Below are positions 27,013 through 36,373 of a stretch of 64,000 nucleotides of DNA, one piece after another (within the stretch, counting starts at the first letter, position 1; every line of letters starts with the position of its first letter). Location: positions 3,684-67,683 of the forward strand of contig JAFGBL010000074.1 in assembly GCA_016933115.1 (NCBI GenBank). The letters are read 5' to 3'. The DNA comes from Bacteroidales bacterium (GTDB lineage: Bacteria; Bacteroidota; Bacteroidia; Bacteroidales; JAADJA01). The position numbers were made by a program, and so were the translations under genes. Below the pieces are notes generated by a model that was not told the origin of the DNA, made no database searches, and saw only the letters and a list, made by a program, of their open reading frames with translations.

Positions 27013-27309
27013 ACCTGGGTTAATTTATTTGTACATTCATGAGGATGAAAAACCAAAAACCTGCATCAAACCAAAGACAGATTACAATGTAAAATGGTTG
27101 CCTGAACCGGCCGATGCTTTACCAAAAAAACCGATACTTTACAAAAGGCAAAGGTATATAATTTTTATTAATTCTAAATAATTAACATTCCGATATTTAG
27201 AGGAGGTTCGATCAATGAGACAAATTCTAAAAACCGAAGTTATTGGCTTTAATATGATCTTAAGGATATTGTGCTGTCCCAAATTTGTTAATGGAAATTC
27301 AAAATCTCA

Positions 27310-28257
27310 CTATTCTAATTTGCTTCTTCCCGCAACTCTGATACTGGCATTCAATTCAAAACCGATGAGTAAAATGATGGAGTTGAAGTAAATCCAGATT
27401 AAAATGATGAGCAAGGTTCCGATAGATCCATAAAGTGCATTATAACTTGAAAAATTCTGAACATAAAAGTTGAAACCCAATGTTGCTATCAGCGATAAAA
27501 AAGTGGCAAGTGTTGATCCGGCAGATATAAACCTGAATTTACTTGCCTTGGCCGGCCCCAGGTAATAAATAAATGATATGGTGAAAAAAATCATGGAAGC
27601 CAGGATCACCCATTTGACAAATTCAAGCAGGTAGTAGGAAATCATACCTGAAAGTATTTTTTTGGCCAGGAGGAATTTTAATACCAGACTTCCAGACGTT
27701 AACAAAGCAATTGAGATGATGATGATGAGGCTGATAATTAAAAACAATAGCGCAGAAATGAGTTTTTGTTTTATCCATGAACGGGATTCAATTTGATGGT
27801 AAGTTGAATTAAATGCTTCAATAATGCTATCGAATCCATTGGTTGCAAAAAATAAGGCGAGTACAAATGTCAATGACAATAAACCTCCTCGAGGCTGTTG
27901 AATGATGTCGATCAGCGTACTTTCAATTACCTTTTCAGCCTGGTCGGGGATGATATTGGTAAGAAAATTTAACAATAATTCCTGGAAATTATTAATTGGA
28001 ATAAAGGGTATTAAAGTGAAAAAAGCGATCACCATGGGAAAAACAGCCAGGAAAAAACTAAATGCAATTGAAGATGCCCTTGAGGTGAGGGACCCTTTGA
28101 AAATTCCCCGGAAAAAGAATGAAGCAACATCGTACAGCGGTAGCCCTTCGAATCCGGGAAGAACTATACGTTTGGTAAACTGCAGGAAGGTAGAAATAGG
28201 TTTAATTTGGGCCAGATCTCTGGGAATTTGCTTTGGATTGCGAAAATATTTCCACAT
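27310..28257 (-). CDS. YihY/virulence factor BrkB family membrane protein
   Basis: 315 aa with six hydrophobic segments. The N-terminal ..RASSIAFSFFLAVFP.. motif is typical of YihY/RNase BN-like proteins. Confidence 0.7.
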   Translation of the reverse strand: MWKYFRNPKQIPRDLAQIKPISTFLQFTKRIVLPGFEGLPLYDVASFFFRGIFKGSLTSRASSIAFSFFLAVFPMVIAFFTLIPFIPINNFQELLLNFLTNIIPDQAEKVIESTLIDIIQQPRGGLLSLTFVLALFFATNGFDSIIEAFNSTYHQIESRSWIKQKLISALLFLIISLIIIISIALLTSGSLVLKFLLAKKILSGMISYYLLEFVKWVILASMIFFTISFIYYLGPAKASKFRFISAGSTLATFLSLIATLGFNFYVQNFSSYNALYGSIGTLLIILIWIYFNSIILLIGFELNASIRVAGRSKLE

Positions 28258-28269
28258 GCTTTATGTTGT

Positions 28270-29103
28270 TTAATCAGCGACCAGGCTCATATCCAGGCTG
28301 TTGATCTGATGCGTAATGGCTCCTGATGAAATATAATCCACTCCCGAAAGTGCGTATTCCCTGATATTTTTTAAGGTAATACCCCCGGAGGCCTCAGTTT
28401 CAAAACGGCCGTTTATTTTATTAATAGCTTTTTTTAAATTTTCAGGAGTAAAATTGTCCAGCATAATCCGATGAATTCCTCCGGTTTTTAAAACTTCATC
28501 CAATTCGGTAAAATTCCTCACCTCAATTTCTACTTTCAAATCCTTGTTATTTAGCCTAAGATATTGAGTGGTCGCTTCAATGGCTTCCTTGATTCCTCCG
28601 GCAAAATCAATATGGTTGTCCTTGATCATCACCATATCATAAAGCCCCATCCTGTGATTTTCTCCACCTCCCATCCTGACAGCATATTTTTCAAGTTCGC
28701 GAAGCAATGGAGTTGTCTTCCTGGTGTCGAGCAATTTCGTGTTTAAACCCTCTAATTGTGAAACAAGTTTGCGGGTATGAGTGGCAATTCCACTCAAACG
28801 TTGTAAAAAATTAAGTGCAATCCTTTCGGCACTAAGGATCGAAATGGGTTTACCTTTGACCCTGAAAATGATGTCACCCGGTTTTATTTTATCTCCGTCA
28901 TCAACAAATATATCGAACTTTGAATGGGAGTCAACTTTATTAAAAACTTTCCGGGCAATCTCAACGCCAGCAAGTATTCCATTTTCCCTGGCAATTAATT
29001 TTGCTCTTGAGGCAGCATTTTTTGGTATCACCGCAAGGGAAGTATGGTCACCTTCACCGATATCCTCTTCAAGTGCCTTTTCAATGATTTCGTCGATGGT
29101 CAT
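28270..29103 (-). CDS. nadC: carboxylating nicotinate-nucleotide diphosphorylase (quinolinate phosphoribosyltransferase)
   Basis: 277 aa. Has the NadC landmarks ..LDTRKTTPLLR.., ..GGGENHRMGLYD..IKDNH.. and ..EASGGIT... Confidence 0.9.
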   Translation of the reverse strand: MTIDEIIEKALEEDIGEGDHTSLAVIPKNAASRAKLIARENGILAGVEIARKVFNKVDSHSKFDIFVDDGDKIKPGDIIFRVKGKPISILSAERIALNFLQRLSGIATHTRKLVSQLEGLNTKLLDTRKTTPLLRELEKYAVRMGGGENHRMGLYDMVMIKDNHIDFAGGIKEAIEATTQYLRLNNKDLKVEIEVRNFTELDEVLKTGGIHRIMLDNFTPENLKKAINKINGRFETEASGGITLKNIREYALSGVDYISSGAITHQINSLDMSLVAD

Positions 29104-29112
29104 GGCCGGATT

Positions 29113-29508
29113 TCAGTCTTCTTCAAATTGTATTTTATGAATTAGGAGGTTTTCCTTACTTTTTTTAAGTAAAATGTAAACACGAAATACCTGCGTTGAA
29201 GTTTTGTAGGATCCGATCATGTAATGAGAACCTTCGTTTGAAGATCCCTTGTGGTTCACTGTGAATTCTTTAACCTTGTTGTAGTTAAAAAAGTCACGCA
29301 TGATGATTTCGGCCTGTGTGTTGTTGAAGCTACCGTCGGTATCTTTTATTTCGAGATCAACGACCGAACTGAAGTATCCGGCCAGCTTTCTGGAATCTCC
29401 GGTTTTAATAATACCGGCAATATCATCGATCGTGGCATCGGGATCTTGTGTAAAACCGCTGAACTGTAATAAAATAATCGGTATTAAGATCAATATATTG
29501 TACTTCAT
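29113..29508 (-). CDS. DUF4783 domain-containing secreted protein
   Basis: The start is reset to ATG 29508 (MKYNILILIPIILLQFSGFTQ signal peptide). About 130 aa. It is adjacent to nadC, a neighbourhood I recall as common in Bacteroidota. Confidence 0.5.
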   Translation of the reverse strand: MKYNILILIPIILLQFSGFTQDPDATIDDIAGIIKTGDSRKLAGYFSSVVDLEIKDTDGSFNNTQAEIIMRDFFNYNKVKEFTVNHKGSSNEGSHYMIGSYKTSTQVFRVYILLKKSKENLLIHKIQFEED

Positions 29509-29660
29509 GTTTCTGTTTTTTGTCGAAGACCTGCAATAACCTTTCCAAAACATACAATGAAACAAAATTAGACAAAATGTTTCAATCGAACCAGAATTGA
29601 ACATTAAGTTTAAAAACTATTCATAATTTTGGATCGTTACTACTGCAAAGGATTCTGAAA

Positions 29661-30365
29661 ATGAATATAATTGTCACTGGAGCAAGCAAAGGATTGGGTT
29701 TTGCTACGGTAAAGGCTTTTGCCGAAGATACGGATCATCAGATCATTGCCGTGTCAAGAAACCGGAAATTGCTGGATCAGCTAAAAAATGAATGTCTGGA
29801 AAAAAATCCTCAGGCCAAGGTTTTTCCATTGGCTCTCGACCTCGTATCTTCAGACTTGCTTATGGAATTGCTGCCTTTTGTCCGGCAGCATTTTCAATCC
29901 CTGGATATCCTTATCAACAATGCCGGCTTGTTAATAAATGAACCGGTTACCGAACTTTCTGATGCTGATTTTGATAGAATTTTCGATACGAATGTCAAGA
30001 CTGTTTTCAAATTGGTACGGGATTTAAAACCTGTATTTAGTAAAGGATCACACATCGTAAACATTAGCAGTATGGGCGGTTTTCAGGGTAGTGTTAAATT
30101 CCCGGGATTATCCCTTTACAGTGCGAGCAAGGGAGCCCTTGCGGTATTTACCGAATGCCTGGCCGAAGAGTTGAAAGCATTCGGTATTTCGGTCAATTGT
30201 CTGGCCATAGGGGCGGTTCAGACAGAAATGCTTCAGGAAGCATTCCCCGGTTATAAAGCCCCATTAAATCCGGACCAAATGGCCGGATATTTGAAGGAAT
30301 TCGCCCAAACAGGCCACCATTATTTCAATGGCAAAATTTTACCGGTGTCGTTATCTACACCATAG
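29661..30365 (+). CDS. SDR family oxidoreductase
   Basis: Has TGASKGLG (TGxxxGxG), NNAG and YSASK (YxxxK). Confidence 0.85.
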   Translation: MNIIVTGASKGLGFATVKAFAEDTDHQIIAVSRNRKLLDQLKNECLEKNPQAKVFPLALDLVSSDLLMELLPFVRQHFQSLDILINNAGLLINEPVTELSDADFDRIFDTNVKTVFKLVRDLKPVFSKGSHIVNISSMGGFQGSVKFPGLSLYSASKGALAVFTECLAEELKAFGISVNCLAIGAVQTEMLQEAFPGYKAPLNPDQMAGYLKEFAQTGHHYFNGKILPVSLSTP

Positions 30366-30377
30366 AACATTAATAAA

Positions 30378-30818
30378 ATGAATGAACTTCAAACAGATTG
30401 TTCGATTGATGCGATTAAACATGAGGGGATTGTCAGCAAAATGGATGATGATCAGTATTACATAACAATAGTTGCACAATCAGCTTGTGCAGCCTGCCAC
30501 GCCAAAGGTGTATGCAATGTAACTGACCTTCAGCAGGAAGTCATCGAAGTTCCCCGAAATGGAAATACAAAATACGGCATTGGCGATAAGGTGGAAGTGC
30601 TGATGGAAAAAACCCAGGGAAGCAAGGCAGTGCTTTTGGGATATTTTCTGCCATTTTTAATTCTTTTGTCGTCTTTGATCATCACAACAAACCTGATGGT
30701 GGATGAAGGTTTATCCGGATTGATTTCCATCGGTATACTGGTCCCCTATTACCTTGTACTTTATTTGAACCGGGATAAACTGAAGAAGAAGTTTATTTTC
30801 AAAATCAGGGGATTATAA
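30378..30818 (+). CDS. RseC/MucC family (SoxR-reducing system) protein
   Basis: 146 aa. The N-terminal soluble part has Cys residues (SACAACHAKGVC), followed by two C-terminal TM helices. It lies immediately upstream of rnf. Confidence 0.55.
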   Translation: MNELQTDCSIDAIKHEGIVSKMDDDQYYITIVAQSACAACHAKGVCNVTDLQQEVIEVPRNGNTKYGIGDKVEVLMEKTQGSKAVLLGYFLPFLILLSSLIITTNLMVDEGLSGLISIGILVPYYLVLYLNRDKLKKKFIFKIRGL

Positions 30819-30998
30819 AATCTTATCTGATATTAACTTTCTCAATTCTTGAAATTTAGAACCCTTCCAAACTAAATTTATAAATAATTATAAATCAGTC
30901 AATTTCTACATTGCTATTTATTTGACTAAACATTGATAAAACCGCAAACAGTTTGTTGTCAGGCGGTTAAATATCTAAAAAATTTGATTTAAAACACT

Positions 30999-31027
30999 TT
31001 TGTCTTTATTAAATGTTTTTACATTTG
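30999..31027 (+). promoter_or_regulatory. candidate Bacteroides-type promoter for the rnf operon
   Basis: TTTG at 30999-31002, a 17-nt spacer, then TACATTTG (TAnnTTTG) at 31020-31027. It ends 46 nt upstream of the rnfB start. Confidence 0.4.
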
Positions 31028-31073
31028 CCTTCGTTATTGAAATAACATTAAGAATAATTAAACTGTAGTTGTT

Positions 31074-32036
31074 GTGAATGATGTAGTTATATATGCCGTC
31101 GCTTCCCTTGGAATTATAGGGGCTGCGGCAGCCATAATTTTATATTTTGTAGCGCAAAAATTCAAGGTCATAGAAGATCCTCGCATCGATGAGGTTGAGG
31201 GTGCCTTGCCTGCTGCGAATTGCGGTGGTTGCGGATTTGCCGGATGCCGGGCATTTGCCGAGGCCCTTGTAATGAAAGCAAACAAAGAAGGTAATCTGGA
31301 AGGGTTAAATTGCCCGGTAGGCGGTAATGATGTGATGGCAACCGTTGCAAGCATCCTCAATCTTCAAGTGGAAGAGCAGGAGCCGTTGATTGCTGTAGTC
31401 AGGTGTAACGGATCACATACCAATTCACCCAAAAAGGTCATTTATGAAGGTGCTACATCCTGTGCTTTTGCCCATAATCTGTTCAATGGAGAAGGTGGAT
31501 GCCCTTATGGATGTTTGGGATTGGGAGATTGTGTGAAAGCCTGTGCCTTCGATGCCATCCATATCAATCCGGAAACCGGGCTGCCTGAAGTGAATGATAA
31601 ATGTGTTGCCTGCGGTGCTTGTGTGGAAGCCTGCCCAAGGGATATTATTGAGTTAAGGCCAAAAGGTAAAAAAGATCGTCGGATTTATGTATGTTGTATA
31701 AACAAGGAAAAGGGTGGGCCGGCCCGAAAGAATTGTGATGTAGCCTGTATCGGTTGTGGAAAATGTGTAAAGGTTTGCCCGTTCGATGCCATTACTATGG
31801 AAAATAATCTTGCCTATATCGACCCTGTCAAATGCAAGCTTTGCCGTAAATGTGTTCCTGAATGCCCAACAGGCGCCATTCATGAATTGAATTTCCCACT
31901 CAGGAAGTTGAAAGATGATGTACCTGTTGGGGAAATGAAACTTGAAAAAACCGAGGTCAAAGCATCCGTAACGATAAAGCCGGATGCGACACAGGATGCA
32001 AAAGAGCCTGAAGGTGGCAAAGAAAATAAAAGTTAG
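31074..32036 (+). CDS. rnfB: Rnf electron transport complex subunit B (polyferredoxin-type)
   Basis: GTG start. It has an N-terminal TM helix, CGGCGFAGC, and then several Cys clusters (CPYGCLGLGDC, CVACGACVEACP, CIGCGKCVKVCP, CKLCRKCVPECP). Confidence 0.85.
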   Translation: MNDVVIYAVASLGIIGAAAAIILYFVAQKFKVIEDPRIDEVEGALPAANCGGCGFAGCRAFAEALVMKANKEGNLEGLNCPVGGNDVMATVASILNLQVEEQEPLIAVVRCNGSHTNSPKKVIYEGATSCAFAHNLFNGEGGCPYGCLGLGDCVKACAFDAIHINPETGLPEVNDKCVACGACVEACPRDIIELRPKGKKDRRIYVCCINKEKGGPARKNCDVACIGCGKCVKVCPFDAITMENNLAYIDPVKCKLCRKCVPECPTGAIHELNFPLRKLKDDVPVGEMKLEKTEVKASVTIKPDATQDAKEPEGGKENKS

Positions 32037-32061
32037 TTCAAAATCAGAAAAATAAGAAATA

Positions 32062-33396
32062 ATGCTTAAGACTTTCAAGCTTGGAGGTGTTCACCCGGCC
32101 GAAAACAAACTCACCGAGAACAAGGCGATAGAAGTACTTCCCATCCCGAAAGTAGCCTACATCCCATTTTCGCAGCACCTGGGAGCCCCGGCCAGGGCCC
32201 TGGTTCAAAAGGGTGATGCTGTTAAAACCGGGCAGTTGATCGCCAAAGGGGAAGCCTTTATTTCCGCTAATATTCACTCATCGGTCTCCGGTAAAGTTCT
32301 AAAAGTGGATGATGTTTTGGATGCATCAGGATATAAACGGCCTGCTGTCGTCATTCAGGTAGAAGGGGATGAATGGGCTGAAGGGATCAACAGGAGTGGG
32401 GAAATAATTCGAGAAATCAGCCTGGGGCAGAAAGAGATCATCCAAAAGATCAATGAAATGGGCGTTGTCGGTTTGGGCGGTGCCACCTTTCCTTCGCATG
32501 TAAAATTGATGGTTCCCGAAGGAAAGCGTGCCGATGTACTCATTATCAACGGTGTGGAGTGTGAACCTTTCCTTACTGCCGATCACCGGCTGATGCTCGA
32601 AAAGGGAGAAGAATTAATTGTCGGTGTACGCATTTTGATGATCGCATTGGGAGTAAAGAAAGCCATTATCGGTATCGAAAACAATAAGCCGGATGCCATT
32701 TCCAACATGAAAAAAATTACCGGTAACCAGGAAGGTATCGATGTGCAGGCTTTAAAGGTAAAATACCCTCAGGGGGCTGAAAAACAACTGATAAAGGCTT
32801 TGATCAATCGCGAAGTTCCATCTGGTAAACTGCCTATCGAAGTGGGAGCTGTTGTGCACAATGCAGGAACTGCCTACGCTGTATATGAAGCTGTTCAAAA
32901 AAACAAACCGCTGGTTGAAAGGGTGGTTACCATCACAGGTAAATCGGTTAAAAATCCAGGTAATTTTCTGGTAAGAATAGGAACCCCAATTGCCGAACTG
33001 GTGGAAGCTGCAGGTGGTTTACCCGAGGATACCGGTAAAGTGATTGGCGGAGGCCCGATGATGGGTAAAGCCTTAAACTCACTGGATGTCCCAATCATTA
33101 AAGGAACATCGGGTATACTGATGCTTCCGGTTGAAGAATCGGGCAGGAATACGGTACTGCATTGTATTCGTTGCTCACGGTGTGTAAGTGTTTGTCCGAT
33201 GGGACTCGAACCTTACCTCCTGGAAAAGCTGGTGATGTTCGAAGATTTTGAGCGTACCGAAAAGGAAAGGGTCATGGATTGTATCGAGTGCGGCTCGTGC
33301 CATTATACCTGCCCGGCAAATAGGCCCCTGCTCGATTATATTCGATTGGGAAAGAATAAGGTAGGTGCAATTATCAGGACGCGGTCGAAAAAATAA
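32062..33396 (+). CDS. rnfC: Rnf electron transport complex subunit C
   Basis: Has GLGGATFPSHVKL and two ferredoxin motifs, CIRCSRCVSVCP and CIECGSCHYTCP. Confidence 0.9.
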   Translation: MLKTFKLGGVHPAENKLTENKAIEVLPIPKVAYIPFSQHLGAPARALVQKGDAVKTGQLIAKGEAFISANIHSSVSGKVLKVDDVLDASGYKRPAVVIQVEGDEWAEGINRSGEIIREISLGQKEIIQKINEMGVVGLGGATFPSHVKLMVPEGKRADVLIINGVECEPFLTADHRLMLEKGEELIVGVRILMIALGVKKAIIGIENNKPDAISNMKKITGNQEGIDVQALKVKYPQGAEKQLIKALINREVPSGKLPIEVGAVVHNAGTAYAVYEAVQKNKPLVERVVTITGKSVKNPGNFLVRIGTPIAELVEAAGGLPEDTGKVIGGGPMMGKALNSLDVPIIKGTSGILMLPVEESGRNTVLHCIRCSRCVSVCPMGLEPYLLEKLVMFEDFERTEKERVMDCIECGSCHYTCPANRPLLDYIRLGKNKVGAIIRTRSKK

Positions 33397-33437
33397 TGAG
33401 AGTCAATTTTGATAAAAAAATATACAATTAAATATTT

Positions 33438-34439
33438 ATGAATTTACTGAAAGTCTCGGGTTCTCCGCATGTGCACACCGATGAATCGATCAAGTCGATC
33501 ATGTATGGAGTGATCTACGCGATGGTGCCGGCCATGCTGATTTCGATTTACTTTTTTGGGTTGGATGCAGTGAGGGTGTTATTGATTTCTGTGATAGCCT
33601 GTGTAATGATCGAATTTCTGATTGAAAAATACATCCTGAAATCAGCCGTAACAATTACCGACGGATCAGGCATTGTAACGGGGGTATTACTGGCATTCAA
33701 CGTACCTTCGAATCTCCCCTGGTGGATTTTGGTTATTGGAGCAATTGTTTCTATCGGAATTGCAAAAATGTCATTTGGTGGATTGGGTAAAAATATTTTC
33801 AATCCAGCATTGGTGGGCAGGGTTTTTATGTTAATTTCCTTTCCTGTACAGATGACCTCATGGCCGATCCCCAAACCGCTATTTGCCGAAAGGATAACAG
33901 ATGCCATTACAGGTCCAACTCCACTGGCAATTATGAAAGAGGGTTTGTCAGCAGGTAAAACAGTTTCACAGATGATGCCTGAAATTCCCAACTATGTGGA
34001 GAATCTGATGACCGGGTTCCAGGGGGGAAGTATGGGTGAAGTATCGGCATTTGCCTTGATCCTGGGTGCTTTGTATATGTTTTACAGGAAGATCATTACC
34101 TGGCAAATTCCGCTGTCGTACATTGGCGGGGCGGTGCTGTTTTCAGGAATTCTGTGGCTCATCAACCCGGATAAATTTGTTGATCCTTTATTCCATTTGG
34201 TTACCGGTGGTATGATGCTGGGCGTATTTTATATGGCTACCGATATGGTTTCATCCCCAATGTCGGCTAAAGGACAAATACTTTTTGGTGCCGGAGCCGG
34301 AATTCTCACCATCCTCATCAGGGTTTTTGGAGCTTATCCCGAAGGTGTTTCCTTTGCGATCCTGATCATGAATGCATTTGTTCCCTTGATTGACAGGGGT
34401 TTTAAACCAGTGAGGTTCGGAGAAGTAGTTAAAAGTTAA
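33438..34439 (+). CDS. rnfD: Rnf electron transport complex subunit D
   Basis: Polytopic membrane protein with an FMN-attachment-type motif, FYMATDMVSSP. Confidence 0.9.
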   Translation: MNLLKVSGSPHVHTDESIKSIMYGVIYAMVPAMLISIYFFGLDAVRVLLISVIACVMIEFLIEKYILKSAVTITDGSGIVTGVLLAFNVPSNLPWWILVIGAIVSIGIAKMSFGGLGKNIFNPALVGRVFMLISFPVQMTSWPIPKPLFAERITDAITGPTPLAIMKEGLSAGKTVSQMMPEIPNYVENLMTGFQGGSMGEVSAFALILGALYMFYRKIITWQIPLSYIGGAVLFSGILWLINPDKFVDPLFHLVTGGMMLGVFYMATDMVSSPMSAKGQILFGAGAGILTILIRVFGAYPEGVSFAILIMNAFVPLIDRGFKPVRFGEVVKS

Positions 34440-34456
34440 CGATAAAATAAATTAAA

Positions 34457-35032
34457 ATGGCTAAAAAAGAGTCATCGTTTTTGAATATGGTTCTCACCCT
34501 TTTTGTTGTAACGGCTGTGGGTGCCCTGGCACTTGGAGGGGTTTACAATTTAACAAAAGAACCGATTGCAATAGCTAAAAAAATGAAAGTGGAAAAGGCT
34601 ATCGGTGAGGTTTTACCGTCATTCGACAGCCTGGTTGAAAACAAAGTATTACCCGAAGGCGGTAAAGACTCCCTCACATTTTATGAGGCATTTAATAAAG
34701 GCGATACTGTCGGAACCGCTATCAGAACTTATACCGATATCGGTTTCAGCGGCAGGTTCTGGATCATGGTTGGGATTACCAATGGGAGTGTGATTTCGGG
34801 AACTTCGGTTCTGGAGCACAAGGAAACACCGGGCCTGGGAGATAAAATGAATAAAAGCAAATCGAACTGGAGCCAACAGTTTGATGGAAAAGACCTAGCC
34901 AACTTTAAACTGAAAGTGAAAAAAGATGGTGGGGAAGTGGATGCCATTACAGCTGCAACCATCAGTTCGCGGGCTTTTTGTGATGCAGTACAACGGGGTT
35001 ATGACGAACTTAAAAAGATGGAGGGTAAATAA
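34457..35032 (+). CDS. rnfG: Rnf electron transport complex subunit G
   Basis: Has an N-terminal TM helix and an FMN-binding domain with [13 protein letters not shown]. Confidence 0.85.
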   Translation: MAKKESSFLNMVLTLFVVTAVGALALGGVYNLTKEPIAIAKKMKVEKAIGEVLPSFDSLVENKVLPEGGKDSLTFYEAFNKGDTVGTAIRTYTDIGFSGRFWIMVGITNGSVISGTSVLEHKETPGLGDKMNKSKSNWSQQFDGKDLANFKLKVKKDGGEVDAITAATISSRAFCDAVQRGYDELKKMEGK

Positions 35033-35034
35033 TT

Positions 35035-35616
35035 ATGAATCAAGTATCAAACTTTACCAAAGGCTTTATAAAGGACAATCCGGTTTTGGTTTTACTTCTG
35101 GGACTATGTCCAACACTTGCTGTAACAACTTCTGCAATAAATGGATTGGGAATGGGCTTAGCTACTGCATTTGTACTGACAATGTCGAATCTGGTGGTTT
35201 CATTAATCAAAAACCTGATTCCCGATAAAGTGCGCATTCCATCCTTCATCGTCATCATAGCTTCTTTTGTTACCATAGTAGAGTTGACCATGCAAGCCTT
35301 TACTCCAGCCCTGTTCGAAGCGCTCGGTATTTTTATCCCACTCATTGTAGTAAACTGTATTGTATTGGGTCGAGCTGAAGCTTTCGCATCAAAAAACAAC
35401 CTCCTTTCTGCTGTTATCGACGGATTGGGAATGGGTCTTGGATTTGCCTTTGCGCTAACACTGCTCGGTAGTATCAGGGAAATACTAGGTAGTGGAGCCA
35501 TCTTCAGCCTGAAATTTCTCCAGGCCGATGGAATCCTGGTTTTCATCCTTCCTCCGGGAGCCTTTATTACCCTTGGATATCTGATTGCCGTAATGAATAG
35601 ATTAAAAAAAGCTTAA
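35035..35616 (+). CDS. rnfE: Rnf electron transport complex subunit E
   Basis: 193 aa, polytopic. Has [13 protein letters not shown] and ..[18 protein letters not shown]... Confidence 0.88.
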   Translation: MNQVSNFTKGFIKDNPVLVLLLGLCPTLAVTTSAINGLGMGLATAFVLTMSNLVVSLIKNLIPDKVRIPSFIVIIASFVTIVELTMQAFTPALFEALGIFIPLIVVNCIVLGRAEAFASKNNLLSAVIDGLGMGLGFAFALTLLGSIREILGSGAIFSLKFLQADGILVFILPPGAFITLGYLIAVMNRLKKA

Positions 35617-35641
35617 ATGAACTCCTGAAAAAACAGATAGT

Positions 35642-36214
35642 ATGGAATATATCATCATCATAATCGCAGCTATTTTCGTCAATAACATCGTATTGAACCA
35701 GTTCCTCGGTATTTGCCCGTTTATGGGTGTATCCAAAAGGATTTCGACAGCAGTTGGAATGTCAGGGGCTGTATTATTCGTGATGACATTGGCAACCGTG
35801 GTTACCTGGATCATCCAGTATTATGTCCTGAACCCTTTCGGGATCATGTTTCTTCAAACCATCTTTTTTATCCTTGTAATTGCTTCACTGGTTCAAATGG
35901 TGGAGATCATTCTGAAAAAAGTTTCACCCTCGCTTTTCCAGGCACTGGGTATTTTCCTCCCGTTGATCACCACCAACTGCGCAGTACTGGGTGTGGCCAT
36001 TTTAACCATTCAAAAAGATTTTAACCTGATGGAAGGCGTTGTTTATGCCATTGCCAATGCCCTTGGTTTTGGACTTGCCCTTGTTATCTTTTCAGGAATC
36101 AGGGAGCATTTGGATTTGATGGAAGTTCCCAGGGGCATGCGGGGAGTTCCCATTGCACTTGTTACAGCTGGTATTTTAGCGCTCGCTTTCATGGGATTTG
36201 CCAACCTGGTGTAA
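35642..36214 (+). CDS. rnfA: Rnf electron transport complex subunit A
   Basis: 190 aa, a paralogue of RnfE. Has QFLGICPFMGVS and ..LPLITTNCAVLG... Confidence 0.88.
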   Translation: MEYIIIIIAAIFVNNIVLNQFLGICPFMGVSKRISTAVGMSGAVLFVMTLATVVTWIIQYYVLNPFGIMFLQTIFFILVIASLVQMVEIILKKVSPSLFQALGIFLPLITTNCAVLGVAILTIQKDFNLMEGVVYAIANALGFGLALVIFSGIREHLDLMEVPRGMRGVPIALVTAGILALAFMGFANLV

Positions 36215-36253
36215 GAATATTTGTTAGAAATAGCAAAGATAGCGGTATGTTGA

Positions 36254-36289
36254 CACCGGTTTTTTTAAATAAAAGCCGGTGTTTTTTTA
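36254..36289 (+). terminator. rho-independent terminator after rnfA
   Basis: ACACCGG at 36254-36260 pairs with CCGGTGT at 36276-36282, followed by TTTTTTT. Confidence 0.65.
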
Positions 36290-36373
36290 GTCATTTAATT
36301 AAAAAAATTTTAATTTTACTCTTTCTGTTATTTCAGGGTGATCGTCGATTCCCATTAATTCTGTAGCAAACAT

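Noticed and set aside
27149-27156. TACCTTTG (TAnnTTTG) box on the minus strand, 137 nt upstream of the T9SS operon, considered as its promoter.
   Set aside because: No TTTG -33 element sits at the expected spacing of about 17-18 nt, and the box is far from the start codon. It is left unannotated.
30940-30968. Hairpin AACCGC...GCGGTT after the RseC-like gene, considered as a terminator.
   Set aside because: The stem is short and interrupted by an alternative inner palindrome (CAAACAGTTTG), and no T-run follows. That is too weak to annotate.
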